Positions 38,732-48,378 of a DNA stretch of 64,000 nucleotides are shown piece by piece. The DNA is taken from the IMG/VR virus record IMGVR_UViG_3300048687_000113, positions 1 to 64,000 of that record. One strand, 5' to 3'. The stretch is from a virus. The position numbers and the translations under genes were made by a program. The first letter of the stretch is position 1, and every line of letters begins with the position of its first letter. The notes beneath the pieces were generated by a model. The model worked only from the letters and a program-made list of their open reading frames with translations, ran no database searches and was not told where the DNA came from.

Positions 38732-39303
38732 CACTCAGCCCCCAACTTCCGGAACTTGCCCGTGCACTTCGGGCAGAGCAGGTCCCCGTCCCCGTCCTGG
38801 TCCAGTTCGTAGAGCCGGATGTACGGCCCCTGCGGGCCGTCGCCCTCGACGCAGAACTGCCACCTGTAGGTGTCTGCGGTCTCGTACAGGTGGCCCCCGT
38901 CGCACTCGATCCACGCGGAGCTGAAGCCCAGGAAGTCCTCCGGCTCCGGGGCCGTGATCTTGAAGAACTCCGGGTGCTCGACCCTGCGGGGCCCGCTCGT
39001 CGCGACGTAATGGTCCTCGCCGAGCTGGAACACCGTGTAGTGGAAGTCCTCGTCCAGCCACGAAACGGTGTTCTGAGTGTTCTCGGTCTTCAGAGCGCCC
39101 CAGTGGGGCCCTTCGACCGGTACGCCGCGCCGCTCCAGCCAGGACAGGAACTGCATCGGCCCGTACGGGAACTTGCCGTGGACCTCGTACCACTTCTCGA
39201 AAAGCTCATCGAGCCGCACACACGGCTCGGTCTTGTCGTCCATCCACGCCTCGGTTTCGCCGATCACGGCTTCCGAGTCGATAAATTTCAGGTCGATTCC
39301 CAT
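38731..39303 (-). CDS. Hypothetical protein
   Basis: C-terminal CPKC. Confidence 0.65.
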   Translation of the reverse strand: MGIDLKFIDSEAVIGETEAWMDDKTEPCVRLDELFEKWYEVHGKFPYGPMQFLSWLERRGVPVEGPHWGALKTENTQNTVSWLDEDFHYTVFQLGEDHYVATSGPRRVEHPEFFKITAPEPEDFLGFSSAWIECDGGHLYETADTYRWQFCVEGDGPQGPYIRLYELDQDGDGDLLCPKCTGKFRKLGAE

Positions 39304-39305
39304 GG

Positions 39306-40169
39306 TTACGCACCGTCCAATTCCTGGAATCCGATGCGGCCGTGGCAGGCCGCGCAGTCGCACGTCCACACGTCGTGCAGTTCCTCGGGCTTAAAGACCC
39401 CCGTCGGCGACCAGGGCGCCGAGTCCGTCTGCCAGTCCCAACGGACCTTGACCATGTCCGCGCCGCTGGTGCCGATCACGTACGCCTCGAACGTGAACGG
39501 CGACCGCGCACGTGTCAGGCCACCGGGCCGATCCGGCACCGCGTAGAACGGGCGTGCCCTGACGAGCAGACCGGCGTTGGCCAGCGTTTCTGCTGCGTCC
39601 TTGGCGTGGGTCACCGGCGGACCGATCGGGCGCTCTTCGCTGCTGAACGCCACGTACTTCGTGTACGTCGGGCCCTCGTCGGGGTGGGCGAAGGTTTCGG
39701 CCGGCACTTCGGCCGGCGCCGCCTCGGCCGGCTCGCCCTTCTCAGCCTCAGGATCGGGCTCGCCCTCGGGCTCGTCGTCCTCCGGATCGTCCTCGGGCTC
39801 CGGCTCGGGCAGCACTTCGACGTCGACCGACACCCACTTGAGTCCGCCAGCCGTGAAGCTCTCGGTCTCGCCGGGCTTCATCTCGTCGACGCGCTTCTCG
39901 ACCCACTCGCGCACCGACTCCATGTGGTGGTGGCGGCAGTCCCCGTACGCACGGCACCGCAGCGAAACCGGGTCGAGGACACACCCGCCCTCGCCGAAGT
40001 CCTCCATGCCGGAGAACGTGAGCTTCGGGTGGGCCTCCAGCAGAGACGTGATGGAATTCGCGACCGAGTCCGGCCACTCGAATTCCTCGGTCTCCCCCTC
40101 CAATAGATCCTGGCTCGTCTTGCCGCGAACGGTGCGCTGCTGGCGCCATTCCGTCGTTACACGGATCAT
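39306..40169 (-). CDS. Hypothetical two-domain protein
   Basis: Acidic linker; terminal CDCAAC. Confidence 0.7.
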   Translation of the reverse strand: MIRVTTEWRQQRTVRGKTSQDLLEGETEEFEWPDSVANSITSLLEAHPKLTFSGMEDFGEGGCVLDPVSLRCRAYGDCRHHHMESVREWVEKRVDEMKPGETESFTAGGLKWVSVDVEVLPEPEPEDDPEDDEPEGEPDPEAEKGEPAEAAPAEVPAETFAHPDEGPTYTKYVAFSSEERPIGPPVTHAKDAAETLANAGLLVRARPFYAVPDRPGGLTRARSPFTFEAYVIGTSGADMVKVRWDWQTDSAPWSPTGVFKPEELHDVWTCDCAACHGRIGFQELDGA

Positions 40170-40526
40170 TCATTCCCCCTCGGAATCGCGGCAGTACTCG
40201 CACGGCTTGTGGTGCAAGTTCTCGCAGTCCTCGTCATCCTTGGCGTGCTGGTCGATCAGCCACTGCACGTTCTCCTCGTAGTAGCCGAACTCCCGAGCCA
40301 GGGCCGCTACCGCTTCCACCTCCTCACAGGTCAAGAAGCAGTCGTAGTCGCCGGGAAGAGACCACAACACCTCGTCGCACTTCTTGAGGAAATTGCCCGC
40401 CAGTTCAGCTCGGACCTTGATCCTGCTGGCCGCTTGCCGACGGCGGTACGCCTTAACTTTTCGCGCTTGCCGCACTTGCCCCCTCCAGGGATTGAGCCAT
40501 TCGATTGACGGGATAACAGTTCTCAT
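40170..40526 (-). CDS. Hypothetical protein
   Basis: ORF; C/H-rich C-terminus. Confidence 0.6.
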   Translation of the reverse strand: MRTVIPSIEWLNPWRGQVRQARKVKAYRRRQAASRIKVRAELAGNFLKKCDEVLWSLPGDYDCFLTCEEVEAVAALAREFGYYEENVQWLIDQHAKDDEDCENLHHKPCEYCRDSEGE

Positions 40527-40532
40527 TTGCGC

Positions 40533-40587
40533 AGCGAAAAGGGAGCCGACCGGTGCAACACGCGCGCACCGAGGCTCCCTTTTCGCT
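40533..40587. terminator. Long bidirectional terminator-like hairpin
   Basis: AGCGAAAAGGGAGCC/GGCTCCCTTTTCGCT 15-bp inverted repeat. Confidence 0.7.
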
Positions 40588-40595
40588 CGGTTGAT

Positions 40596-41642
40596 TCAGT
40601 TGTCGTACCGGTAATGGCTCACGTCGGCGTACTTGTCCTGGACCCGCTTTACGAGTCGGTCCCAGGTCTCGTCCCACTGCCCGCGAACGTCCTCCGGAAC
40701 GTCGTCGTACCGGAGAACACGGCCGGGCCAGATCTTGACCCACTTCTTGTGTCCGTCGTCGGCGGCACCGTGGCCGGGCTCGTCGATGTACAGATCCACG
40801 ACCTCGTCGCCGTCGTTGTCGGTTCTCATCGGCCATGACACGACCGCCGGTATCAGCTCCCGACAGATATCGATCACGATGCGCTCGTCGGCCTTCAGCT
40901 CCAACGGCTCACCACTGGCACGCGATGAACGCGTGGACTCCCACCAGTTCTCGAACTCCCATGCGCGGTGATCCTGCGGGTACTTGGAGCGGAACGCTTC
41001 GGTGTACCGGTCGACCTTCGCCGCCCAGGTCTTGCGCTCCGCATCGGTGAGTTCCCGTGTGGGATTCGGTGGGTAATTCCACTGGCCCGCTTCTCCGGGC
41101 CGACCCACGCGCGGCGTGCGGTACTTGTGGTTGTACTCCCGGACCGTCATGCCCTCCGGGTAGTCGTTCATCTGGCTACCGGGTGCGGCGTAGCCCCGGA
41201 ACGCTCCGATGGCGTGGCGGAATGCCTCGGCGCTCATGAGGTCGATGTCCGCGCGCTTGTCGGCGAGCTTCTGCTGGATCTCGGGGTCCTGGCCCAGGTG
41301 TTCACGGGCCAGATCACGGATCGTGTTCATGCGCGGCACGTCGAAGGTCCGCTCGACCACCTGCACTTGGCCGCTGTAGAGAATCCAGGCGACCGGTGTC
41401 CCGTCGACCGTGACCGTGCACCGGAGCGCCGTGGGAATCACCGGCGAGCGTCCCCAGCTCATGTAGTCCAGGGTCCGAGCGTCAGCCGCCGCCACGTGCG
41501 GCGCATACTCCTCATCAGTGAGCAGGCCACGCGGGTGCTCGCAGGTGAGCACGGCCTGGTGCTTGAGCGTGAACCCCTTCACCTTGTGGTGGGTATTGAG
41601 TGTGCGAAGCGCGGCCACCGTCGCGCCGATATCGAGCTGCAT
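40596..41642 (-). CDS. Hypothetical protein
   Basis: 348-aa ORF. Confidence 0.7.
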   Translation of the reverse strand: MQLDIGATVAALRTLNTHHKVKGFTLKHQAVLTCEHPRGLLTDEEYAPHVAAADARTLDYMSWGRSPVIPTALRCTVTVDGTPVAWILYSGQVQVVERTFDVPRMNTIRDLAREHLGQDPEIQQKLADKRADIDLMSAEAFRHAIGAFRGYAAPGSQMNDYPEGMTVREYNHKYRTPRVGRPGEAGQWNYPPNPTRELTDAERKTWAAKVDRYTEAFRSKYPQDHRAWEFENWWESTRSSRASGEPLELKADERIVIDICRELIPAVVSWPMRTDNDGDEVVDLYIDEPGHGAADDGHKKWVKIWPGRVLRYDDVPEDVRGQWDETWDRLVKRVQDKYADVSHYRYDN

Positions 41643-41785
41643 AAAGCCCCCCATTGTGTGTGCCGAGTTGCTGCGGCATCCGGGCCGACCCCACGGCCGG
41701 CCGGAGCGCAGACAGGCGTGCAGCGGGTCGCGCACAGCCACGGCCGGCCTGGGTACCGAACGGCACCGAGGCCCGCTGAAGCTGT

Positions 41786-42169
41786 CTACGCGTCCACCGG
41801 CCGCTCGTCGTCGATCGGCCGCTCGCTGTCGATCAGGTCCTGGATCTCGTCGAGCCGGAAGCCGAGGTGTCGGTTCGAGCGGTCGAGTGCGCCGGGGGCA
41901 CGGTGGTTGGCCAGCTCGTCGACCATGCGCCGCATCACTCCGGCCTGCTGGGCGAGGTCATCGGCGAGCGCGAGCAGCTTGCTGCTCATGTCCAGCCGGT
42001 CAAGGGACTCGCGGAGGAACGCGAGCGCATTGACGTCGATAGCGCCGGAGTTGGCGAACGCGTAGGCCAGGCTCTCGACTTCGCTCTGCACGAGCGTGAT
42101 CTCACGGCCGACCGGACCTTCGAGCCGGGTAAGGGCCTGGTGCTCGGACTGGAATGGGACGATGGTCAT
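41786..42169 (-). CDS. Hypothetical helical protein
   Basis: GAGG RBS. Confidence 0.65.
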   Translation of the reverse strand: MTIVPFQSEHQALTRLEGPVGREITLVQSEVESLAYAFANSGAIDVNALAFLRESLDRLDMSSKLLALADDLAQQAGVMRRMVDELANHRAPGALDRSNRHLGFRLDEIQDLIDSERPIDDERPVDA

Positions 42170-42504
42170 GCGGACACCTCTTTCTGGATCTCGTTGGGAA
42201 CGAACCCCGGGCGGGCCGCTAGGCCCTCGTACATGGGGTCGAACCATTGCGGGTGAAGCAGGTTGGGCCAGAATTCGACCCCGTCGATGGTTTCGATCCG
42301 CGTGATCGCGAGCGGGTGTTCCTGAGCACGCGTGCACCGGAAATGCGCCCCCTGCCGGGGCGTGGTGTCGGTGTAGTCCTCGCGCAGACAGGCGAACTCC
42401 CTGCTGAACTCCAGGAAGTTGACCCATTGGGCCGCTACCGTGGCGTCACTGTCACCGAACTGCGTCGTGACACCCGGGACGTACCGGAATTGTGCGGCGC
42501 TCAT
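42166..42504 (-). CDS. Hypothetical protein
   Basis: AGGAGG RBS. Confidence 0.65.
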   Translation of the reverse strand: MSAAQFRYVPGVTTQFGDSDATVAAQWVNFLEFSREFACLREDYTDTTPRQGAHFRCTRAQEHPLAITRIETIDGVEFWPNLLHPQWFDPMYEGLAARPGFVPNEIQKEVSA

Positions 42505-42526
42505 ACCGCGACCTCCTGTCGATTGG

Positions 42527-43003
42527 TTAGCGGACGTACATGGGCTCGGAGTCCCGTCCGTACATGCTGGACTTCCGGTTCGTGGCGTCGAATGCGCGGT
42601 AACGCCGGTTCACGCGCTCGACGCGCGACTGGGGGCCGAACCGCTGCCGGGGCTTGACCCCGTTCCACAGCGCCTTGCGCTCGATACGGTGGCGTCGGTG
42701 GGCAGGTATTTCCGGGGCGAGGATCTTGAAGTGCGTCCGCCGGGCACGCAGCCTTTTCGCGTTCAGCGGGGGCCGCTTCATCGAGCGCATTTCGTCTGCA
42801 ACGTCCATGCGACTGAGGCGCCGATTACTGGCGATGACCATGCGCCCGATCACGTACGCGGTATCGGTCATCCCCGACCGCTGTGCGCGCAGGTTCGCGA
42901 ACCGGCTCTCAACGAACAACCCATGCCCGTAATGCACGTGGTGCGTGGAGTCGAGATTCAGAGAGCGCCGAGCCGCAGCTCGGCGCAGATTTTCGTGCTG
43001 CAT
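42527..43003 (-). CDS. Arg-rich basic protein
   Basis: GGAGG RBS; very basic. Confidence 0.6.
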   Translation of the reverse strand: MQHENLRRAAARRSLNLDSTHHVHYGHGLFVESRFANLRAQRSGMTDTAYVIGRMVIASNRRLSRMDVADEMRSMKRPPLNAKRLRARRTHFKILAPEIPAHRRHRIERKALWNGVKPRQRFGPQSRVERVNRRYRAFDATNRKSSMYGRDSEPMYVR

Positions 43004-43063
43004 AGTGCCTCCCGGCGTTGTTGCGGCATCCCGGACGATTCCCGGGATGTTCCTCGCGCTGGA

Positions 43064-43432
43064 TCAGCAGGGCTGTTCCTCCACGCGCATGTCGCATGCG
43101 CGGCACGTTCGGCTGTCGGTGCAGCACTCCGTGAGGTCCGTGTTGGCTCCGGCCACGTGCATCTCGTATCGAGTGGCGATTCCCGCCCGGTACAGGACGA
43201 CCTCAGCCGCCTTTTTGGCTATGGATTCCGTGCGCGCCCACACGTCCACGGTGTGCACGATGACCCCGTCCGCATTCCGGCATTCCACGGTCATGCGGGT
43301 CTGGACGTTGACGTGATGGCCGTTCATGAGCCAGCAACCGCACGGGCGTTGAGAAAGCCCGTGCGTCAGCTCCTTCGTACGGAGTTCCACGACCGCATCG
43401 ATAGCCGTAAGCGGTCCAGTGGTGATGGTCAT
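43064..43432 (-). CDS. Hypothetical protein
   Basis: AAAGG RBS. Confidence 0.6.
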   Translation of the reverse strand: MTITTGPLTAIDAVVELRTKELTHGLSQRPCGCWLMNGHHVNVQTRMTVECRNADGVIVHTVDVWARTESIAKKAAEVVLYRAGIATRYEMHVAGANTDLTECCTDSRTCRACDMRVEEQPC

Positions 43433-43453
43433 GGGCTTACCTTTCGGGCATGG

Positions 43454-43499
43454 AAAAGGGCCGCACCCCGTGACGATTTCCCGTCCGGAATGCGGCCCT
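43454..43499 (-). terminator. Intrinsic terminator
   Basis: AGGGCCGCA/TGCGGCCCT stem plus T-tract. Confidence 0.6.
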
Positions 43500-43516
43500 G
43501 CTGTGTGGTGGTGTGG

Positions 43517-44041
43517 TTACGCGGGAGTGGTCGAGTAGCGGACCGACGCACCGTGCTTGCGCGCGAATACGTCGAGTCTGGCGCCGTCGCGCGTCATCGA
43601 GCCGACGTGTTCCCACATGCGCGGCGCGGCTCCCCACGTTATGTACTTGACGCAGTCCCGCACGTCCTGCGGCAGCTCAGCAGCCTTGATAGATGTGTAG
43701 ACGCGCGTGCGCAGGTTCGGCACGTGCGGCGCCTTGACCGGCTTCGGCGGCGTCTCCGGCTTACCCATAGCGGCTTCCCACAGAGTCTTGGGAGTCGGGG
43801 CCGGGCACCGAGTTTCAAGCGGCGTGAGCGGCAGGATCTTGGGGGAAGGCTTCGCCGCAAACGTGGCGGACACCGTGGCGTGCGTGCGCGCGAGATTCTC
43901 TACTGCCTTCACACTCAGCGCGGCGTGCGTGCCCGTGGCGCCCATTTCAGCGCCACGCATGTGGTCGAGAAATGCCAGATCCTTCCGGCGCTTGTCTGCG
44001 ACGCGTGCGCGCTTACGGGCGCGATTGGTAGAACGGCTCAT
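43517..44041 (-). CDS. Basic hypothetical protein
   Basis: AAAGGA RBS; ATGA coupling. Confidence 0.6.
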   Translation of the reverse strand: MSRSTNRARKRARVADKRRKDLAFLDHMRGAEMGATGTHAALSVKAVENLARTHATVSATFAAKPSPKILPLTPLETRCPAPTPKTLWEAAMGKPETPPKPVKAPHVPNLRTRVYTSIKAAELPQDVRDCVKYITWGAAPRMWEHVGSMTRDGARLDVFARKHGASVRYSTTPA

Positions 44042-44541
44042 GATCCTTTGTTCTCCTTTTCCAGGGTGCGGACGATTCGGCGCAGATCCCGAGCGATGTT
44101 GCCGTACGTGTCGCGCGCTATACCCTTAGCGGAGCGCTGCATTTTCAGCGCGTAGTCACGTGCCGCGCGCATTTCACTGATCACGCGCGTGTCGTAATAC
44201 GGGCAGGCAGCGTCAACGCGTACGAGGAACGCGTAGCCGTTGTTGTCCCCGTGACCCATGCCGCGCGCAAAAGACCCGGGCACATAGGTGGGAGAGTTCC
44301 CCAGTTCCTTGGGCGCGTCCGAAAGGACGTGACGCTTAGGCGTGCGGAGGTTCTTACCCGTGTGCCGCTTGTGGGGCGCGTTTACCTTTGCGCTCGTACG
44401 GTCCCCACGGAGATTGATCTTGCCCTTGTAGTTCACCGGGTAGTTACGCGCTTTGTGACTGTTCGTGTTCGGCGCCATTCGCGCCTGAGAAACCGGCGGA
44501 CCGAAAGCAACCGTTCCGGCCCCGTAGTGACTACCGCTCAT
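44038..44541 (-). CDS. Basic hypothetical protein, first gene of the leftward block
   Basis: TAAGGGGG RBS; MSGSHYGAG start. Confidence 0.6.
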   Translation of the reverse strand: MSGSHYGAGTVAFGPPVSQARMAPNTNSHKARNYPVNYKGKINLRGDRTSAKVNAPHKRHTGKNLRTPKRHVLSDAPKELGNSPTYVPGSFARGMGHGDNNGYAFLVRVDAACPYYDTRVISEMRAARDYALKMQRSAKGIARDTYGNIARDLRRIVRTLEKENKGS

Positions 44542-44579
44542 GTGTGCCACCCCCTTACGTGTGTGTGCTGTCAGGTTCG

Positions 44580-44650
44580 TACGCGCGCTAGGTCTTGCAC
44601 CTAGACAGATCACCCGAGAATTTCCGAGCGTCAGAGCTATATTCGCGCGT
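44580..44650 (-). ncRNA. tRNA-shaped element (acceptor stem plus T-arm mimic), not a canonical tRNA
   Basis: ACGCGCG/CGCGCGT 7-bp stem abutting CTAGG-TGCAAGA-CCTAG (5-bp stem, 7-nt loop). Confidence 0.45.
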
Positions 44651-45460
44651 CCCCATTTCCGTTTAGGTTTGTGTTCGCTTAGGCAACCACCCATGACCCT
44701 GTATCCACATAGACCATTGGGGGAGGAAATCTCGGCACGTGTGGCACTCCCCTTTCCACAGGGGGCGCCTACGCGGTAGCGGTTCATTTCGAGAGGATTC
44801 CTAGCGCCACTGCCCCAACGTTCAGAACAGTGTTTTAACGGACATTGAGGCCAACCCCACCTAGGAGGTTCCCGCCCCGTACCCAACCACCGCTTACCGG
44901 CTTACTCACCCTCACGGGCTTTCCTCGGCAGTTCAGCTGTCGTTCCGTGCTACTGGTCCCCTTGCCGATGCACGTTTCCGCGCACGGCCGAAGATTCCGT
45001 TGCAATGTCTCGTGACTTCGAAAGTTCATGGGCGCGAAAAACCGCGCGGTGAAGTCACCGGAGAGACACTGCGTCCCTACACAACTACCTCTCGTGCCAG
45101 GAAATCGCCGCTCAGTTCCCAACCCCTGCCAAGGGGCTTAACCGCTAGGTGGCCCGATCGCTTCACAGCGTCGAAACTGACCTAGCAGCCGTCCAGAGGT
45201 GACGCGTCCGTAAAGGTAGGCACTGGCGTGCGCGGACTGACGTCACGATGGGACGGGAAACTGGCAACCAAGACCGTAGAGGCTTAAATGAGGCTCTCTC
45301 CCCTGTGCGAGCAAGAGAGGGCTTTAGCCACGGTCACGCGTGGCGAGGAAATGAAACGCCACGTGTGCCAGGAATACCGGGATAGGACCGGCGTCACACC
45401 CGCTAGACGCACGGGTGCCATAGGGCACGGCGAGGGAATTCCCCTCGCTCTGATCACCCC
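44651..45460. ncRNA. Candidate large structured non-coding RNA or leader
   Basis: No credible CDS; more than a dozen nested complementary helices. Confidence 0.45.
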
Positions 45461-45520
45461 CCTTTCGCGCCCCCCGCCCGCCGGATTGGCGAGCTGCGGT
45501 GGGGACAGACACGTTTCTAC

Positions 45521-45545
45521 GGCATCACGAGGGTGTTGTGATGCC
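45521..45545. promoter_or_regulatory. Inverted repeat, candidate operator
   Basis: GGCATCAC-N9-GTGATGCC at the edge of the structured region. Confidence 0.4.
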
Positions 45546-47281
45546 CTATTTTGTAATCACTCAACTGCGTTCCGTGGTAACACCAGGTCAGAGGTGGCGC
45601 CAGAGGGCTAAAGAATCTTGAAAATAGGGGGGACATCTCAGCATGCGGACGATCAAGCTGTCGCGATTGCCCGGGTGAATCTGGACAAGCTACGCGTTGT
45701 CGCCTAGTTCCTTACGAATACCCCTGTGTCCGTATTCAGGAGGGCAAAATTTCATGATCGCTCCCCATGGGGCGTCAAGCCCCTAGAGGTGCCGAAAACA
45801 GCCCCTGACCTGCGAAAACACAATTTTTCCGCGATCATGGAAAACGGCCGTTCGGAGGGGCCGCCCGCGCCGACGTGGGTACCAAAACGGCACAACCGGG
45901 ACAAAAAAATCCCGCGCCCCTGTACGCCTCCCTACGGCGCTCCCCTCCCTTGGGGGCCCGACGGTCCGACCGTGGCGTTTCAGGCCGGTACAGGGCCGCT
46001 GACAGGGGCTCTTGCCACTGCCCGCGCGCCGACGGGGGGTGCGTAAGGGGGCGCCCGTGGCTCTGTATGCCTCTGTCGTGGCCTAACTCGGCGTCGGGGT
46101 CCCCTTGCCTCCCCACGGGGTCCGACGCGTCAGGACGGCGCTCAGCGACTCGCGCCTACCTGTGGGTAAGGAATTGCCCGCTTGTGATTTAAGCGGAGGT
46201 CGGCATCCGTTTAATTCACAAGGGGGCAGGATCTTTCCGTGGGGTAAGGTGACGGCGCCTCATATGGATTACCTGAATCCATATTCAAAAACTGACGGCG
46301 CGTCATGAGGACTGGCACGCTCCACATGACAGGGCGTCAGGAAATACGGGCTAATCCGACACGCCCCGGAAAATGCACGGGCGCGAAAATTCGGGGGTTC
46401 TCATGCGGTGTGCCCCCACTTGCGGCAGTACGACAGGGTATGAGGTAGAGGATCACGACACGCCCGCGCTTGCCCGGCTATGAGGTAGCAACTCCCCTAT
46501 GCCGGTGAAATGGCTAATGCCAGGGGTGCGGCTTAGGTCCGCATACGTGCATTTTAGGCAGTACCTCACACTCGCCCCGTTACCTGTTGATACGTGCAGA
46601 CATGAGGCGGATAGGCATTATGCCGGTATTTGCAATGCAAAGCGGAGCGCAGGTTCCGCTAGCATTGCGGTACGCGCTGGTAACGTCACGATGCGCTCAA
46701 CATTACGCAAGGTAGCTGGAACTACCGTGCGTAACATGGGGCATAGGGCATGTTACCGGGAGTACGGGGCGCATGGGTGCCTTTCGGGGCAGACCCGGGG
46801 GTACGTGATTTCCAGCCCTATAAGCCTCACGAGTGCCGCAACCCCTCGAAACCGGACAAATAGGTGACGAATCCCTGCAAACCCGGACCCCCCACCATTA
46901 AACGCCCAAAATGGACAATTGGGTGCCTGGGCCTCCACACGCTTCTCAGCGGTAGGCCGGCGGGCAGTGTCCTCGCTGCCGGCAGTGGCCGGACGCCAAT
47001 ATTCCGTTTTATTGCGGGTGGCCGAGGGCTCAGGGAACCGCCCGGGGCCCTCGGCCCGGATTCGGACCCACCAGGTGCCGAACTCCAGGCCACGAAGGTA
47101 TCAAACGGCATACAGGGGCTGTCTGTTGCTCGTCCCGCGAATTGGGTGCGGGGCCGCCGGAGTCTCAACGTCACGCGATGGTCTGCCGTAAGGGTCACCC
47201 CTCGTGGACGCCCACCAGACGCGCGCCAGAGCAGCGGACGCGGCCCCGCAGGACGAGGATAGCGATCGGCCTGCGGAGCTT

Positions 47282-47608
47282 CTACGGCGCCGGCAGCACA
47301 TCCGTTTCGACGTTCTCGACGAGCCGCACGATGTCGGCCGGCCGGATCGGGCGTTTCTCGCCAGTGGCTTCCCAGCGAGTGCGCGGGCCGTGGAGGACCA
47401 GGAGCGGGGACATCTCCTCGCCGTCGTCGTACACCGGGAACTCCCGCTTGCGCACATCGCCCAGGGCAAGTGACAGGGCGTATGCCGTGATGGTGGACAG
47501 CGGGAGGCCGTTCGGTCCTCTTACGGGCTCGTGCCGCCGACCGGCCCACCGGCAGATGGCGTCGGCTTCGGCCTGCGTGACGCGCTTAAGTGTGAGATCC
47601 GGGCTCAT
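47282..47608 (-). CDS. Hypothetical protein (probably leaderless)
   Basis: TACCGT -10 six nt before ATG. Confidence 0.6.
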   Translation of the reverse strand: MSPDLTLKRVTQAEADAICRWAGRRHEPVRGPNGLPLSTITAYALSLALGDVRKREFPVYDDGEEMSPLLVLHGPRTRWEATGEKRPIRPADIVRLVENVETDVLPAP

Positions 47609-47806
47609 GCCTCAACGGTAGGCCGGAGAGGCGCCGTTCAAGTGCGGTTCGTTCGACCCCAGCTCGACCGCAGAAAGGCCGGCGACCCTCGACGGGGGTG
47701 GCAAGGGCCGCCGGTGTGTGAGGGCCGGCCGCCCAGCCCCGAAGGGCCCCCACGAGCAGCCGACAGCTCCGACGGTACAGCGTCACGAGTGGGTCAGGAT
47801 GGCCGT

Positions 47807-48079
47807 ATGAACTCAGAACCCGGCCCCAAGCCCGAGGGCCTGCTGCTCTCCCCGAGCGACGCCGCCATGCTCGCCTGGTTCGTTATCGACGACGTCGAGC
47901 GGCTCACGATCGAGGAGGCCGCCGGCAAGCTGGGCGTGAGCCCTGAGACGGCTCGGGTGATCATTTCCAGGGCAAAATCGAAGCTGCGCCGCTACGCGGG
48001 CACGCACTGGCCGCTCCCGGCGGGTGACCCCACAGAGGTGGTCGGGGATTTCTCGACCGATGCGGGGCCTACGCCTTAA
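47807..48079 (+). CDS. Sigma-70 region 4-like HTH protein
   Basis: LTIEEAAGKLGVSPETARVIISRAKSKLR. Confidence 0.75.
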   Translation: MNSEPGPKPEGLLLSPSDAAMLAWFVIDDVERLTIEEAAGKLGVSPETARVIISRAKSKLRRYAGTHWPLPAGDPTEVVGDFSTDAGPTP

Positions 48080-48264
48080 GCCTTCTTGTTCTTCGCCCTG
48101 GCGGCCTCAAGCTTGGCGGCGCAGACGTTGCACAGCGGGCTGGACGGCCGGCCGGCGGCTCCGTACTTCGGCGCCATGTTTTCGCACCGGGCGCTCGCGC
48201 AGGGGCCGGCGCCCTCGCTGGGGCGGACATAGAGGACGACCGGGTCGGGGGCAGGGGTGCTCAA
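48076..48264 (-). CDS. Small Cys4 protein
   Basis: C-x4-C...C-x2-C; AGGA RBS, TTG start. Confidence 0.55.
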   Translation of the reverse strand: MSTPAPDPVVLYVRPSEGAGPCASARCENMAPKYGAAGRPSSPLCNVCAAKLEAARAKNKKA

Positions 48265-48378
48265 GGCGGTGCTTCCTGTTCAGTTCGGGATTCAACAGGA
48301 AGGGTACGTCGGCCGGCGCCTTAGCCGGCGAAGCCCAGCTCGGTGTCCGTGCCGCGAGCAGCGCCCACGCCGACCAGC

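Noticed and set aside
18525-43460. Recurrent hairpin plus TTTT(C)ATG(C/T)C motif as a novel repeat
   Set aside because: Ordinary intrinsic terminators with a tail common in actinophages.
8590-44155. Many long opposite-strand ORFs in the track (for example 8590-10086, 28685-29941, 42419-44155)
   Set aside because: Shadow ORFs of high-GC coding sequence, without RBS or protein motifs.
44580-44650. Canonical tRNA gene
   Set aside because: No D-loop GG, no TTC in the T-loop and no proper anticodon arm; kept only as a tRNA-like element.
45000-45460. Known ribozyme, riboswitch or Streptomyces linear-replicon telomere
   Set aside because: No hammerhead, RNase P, cobalamin or archetypal telomere consensus was recognisable.
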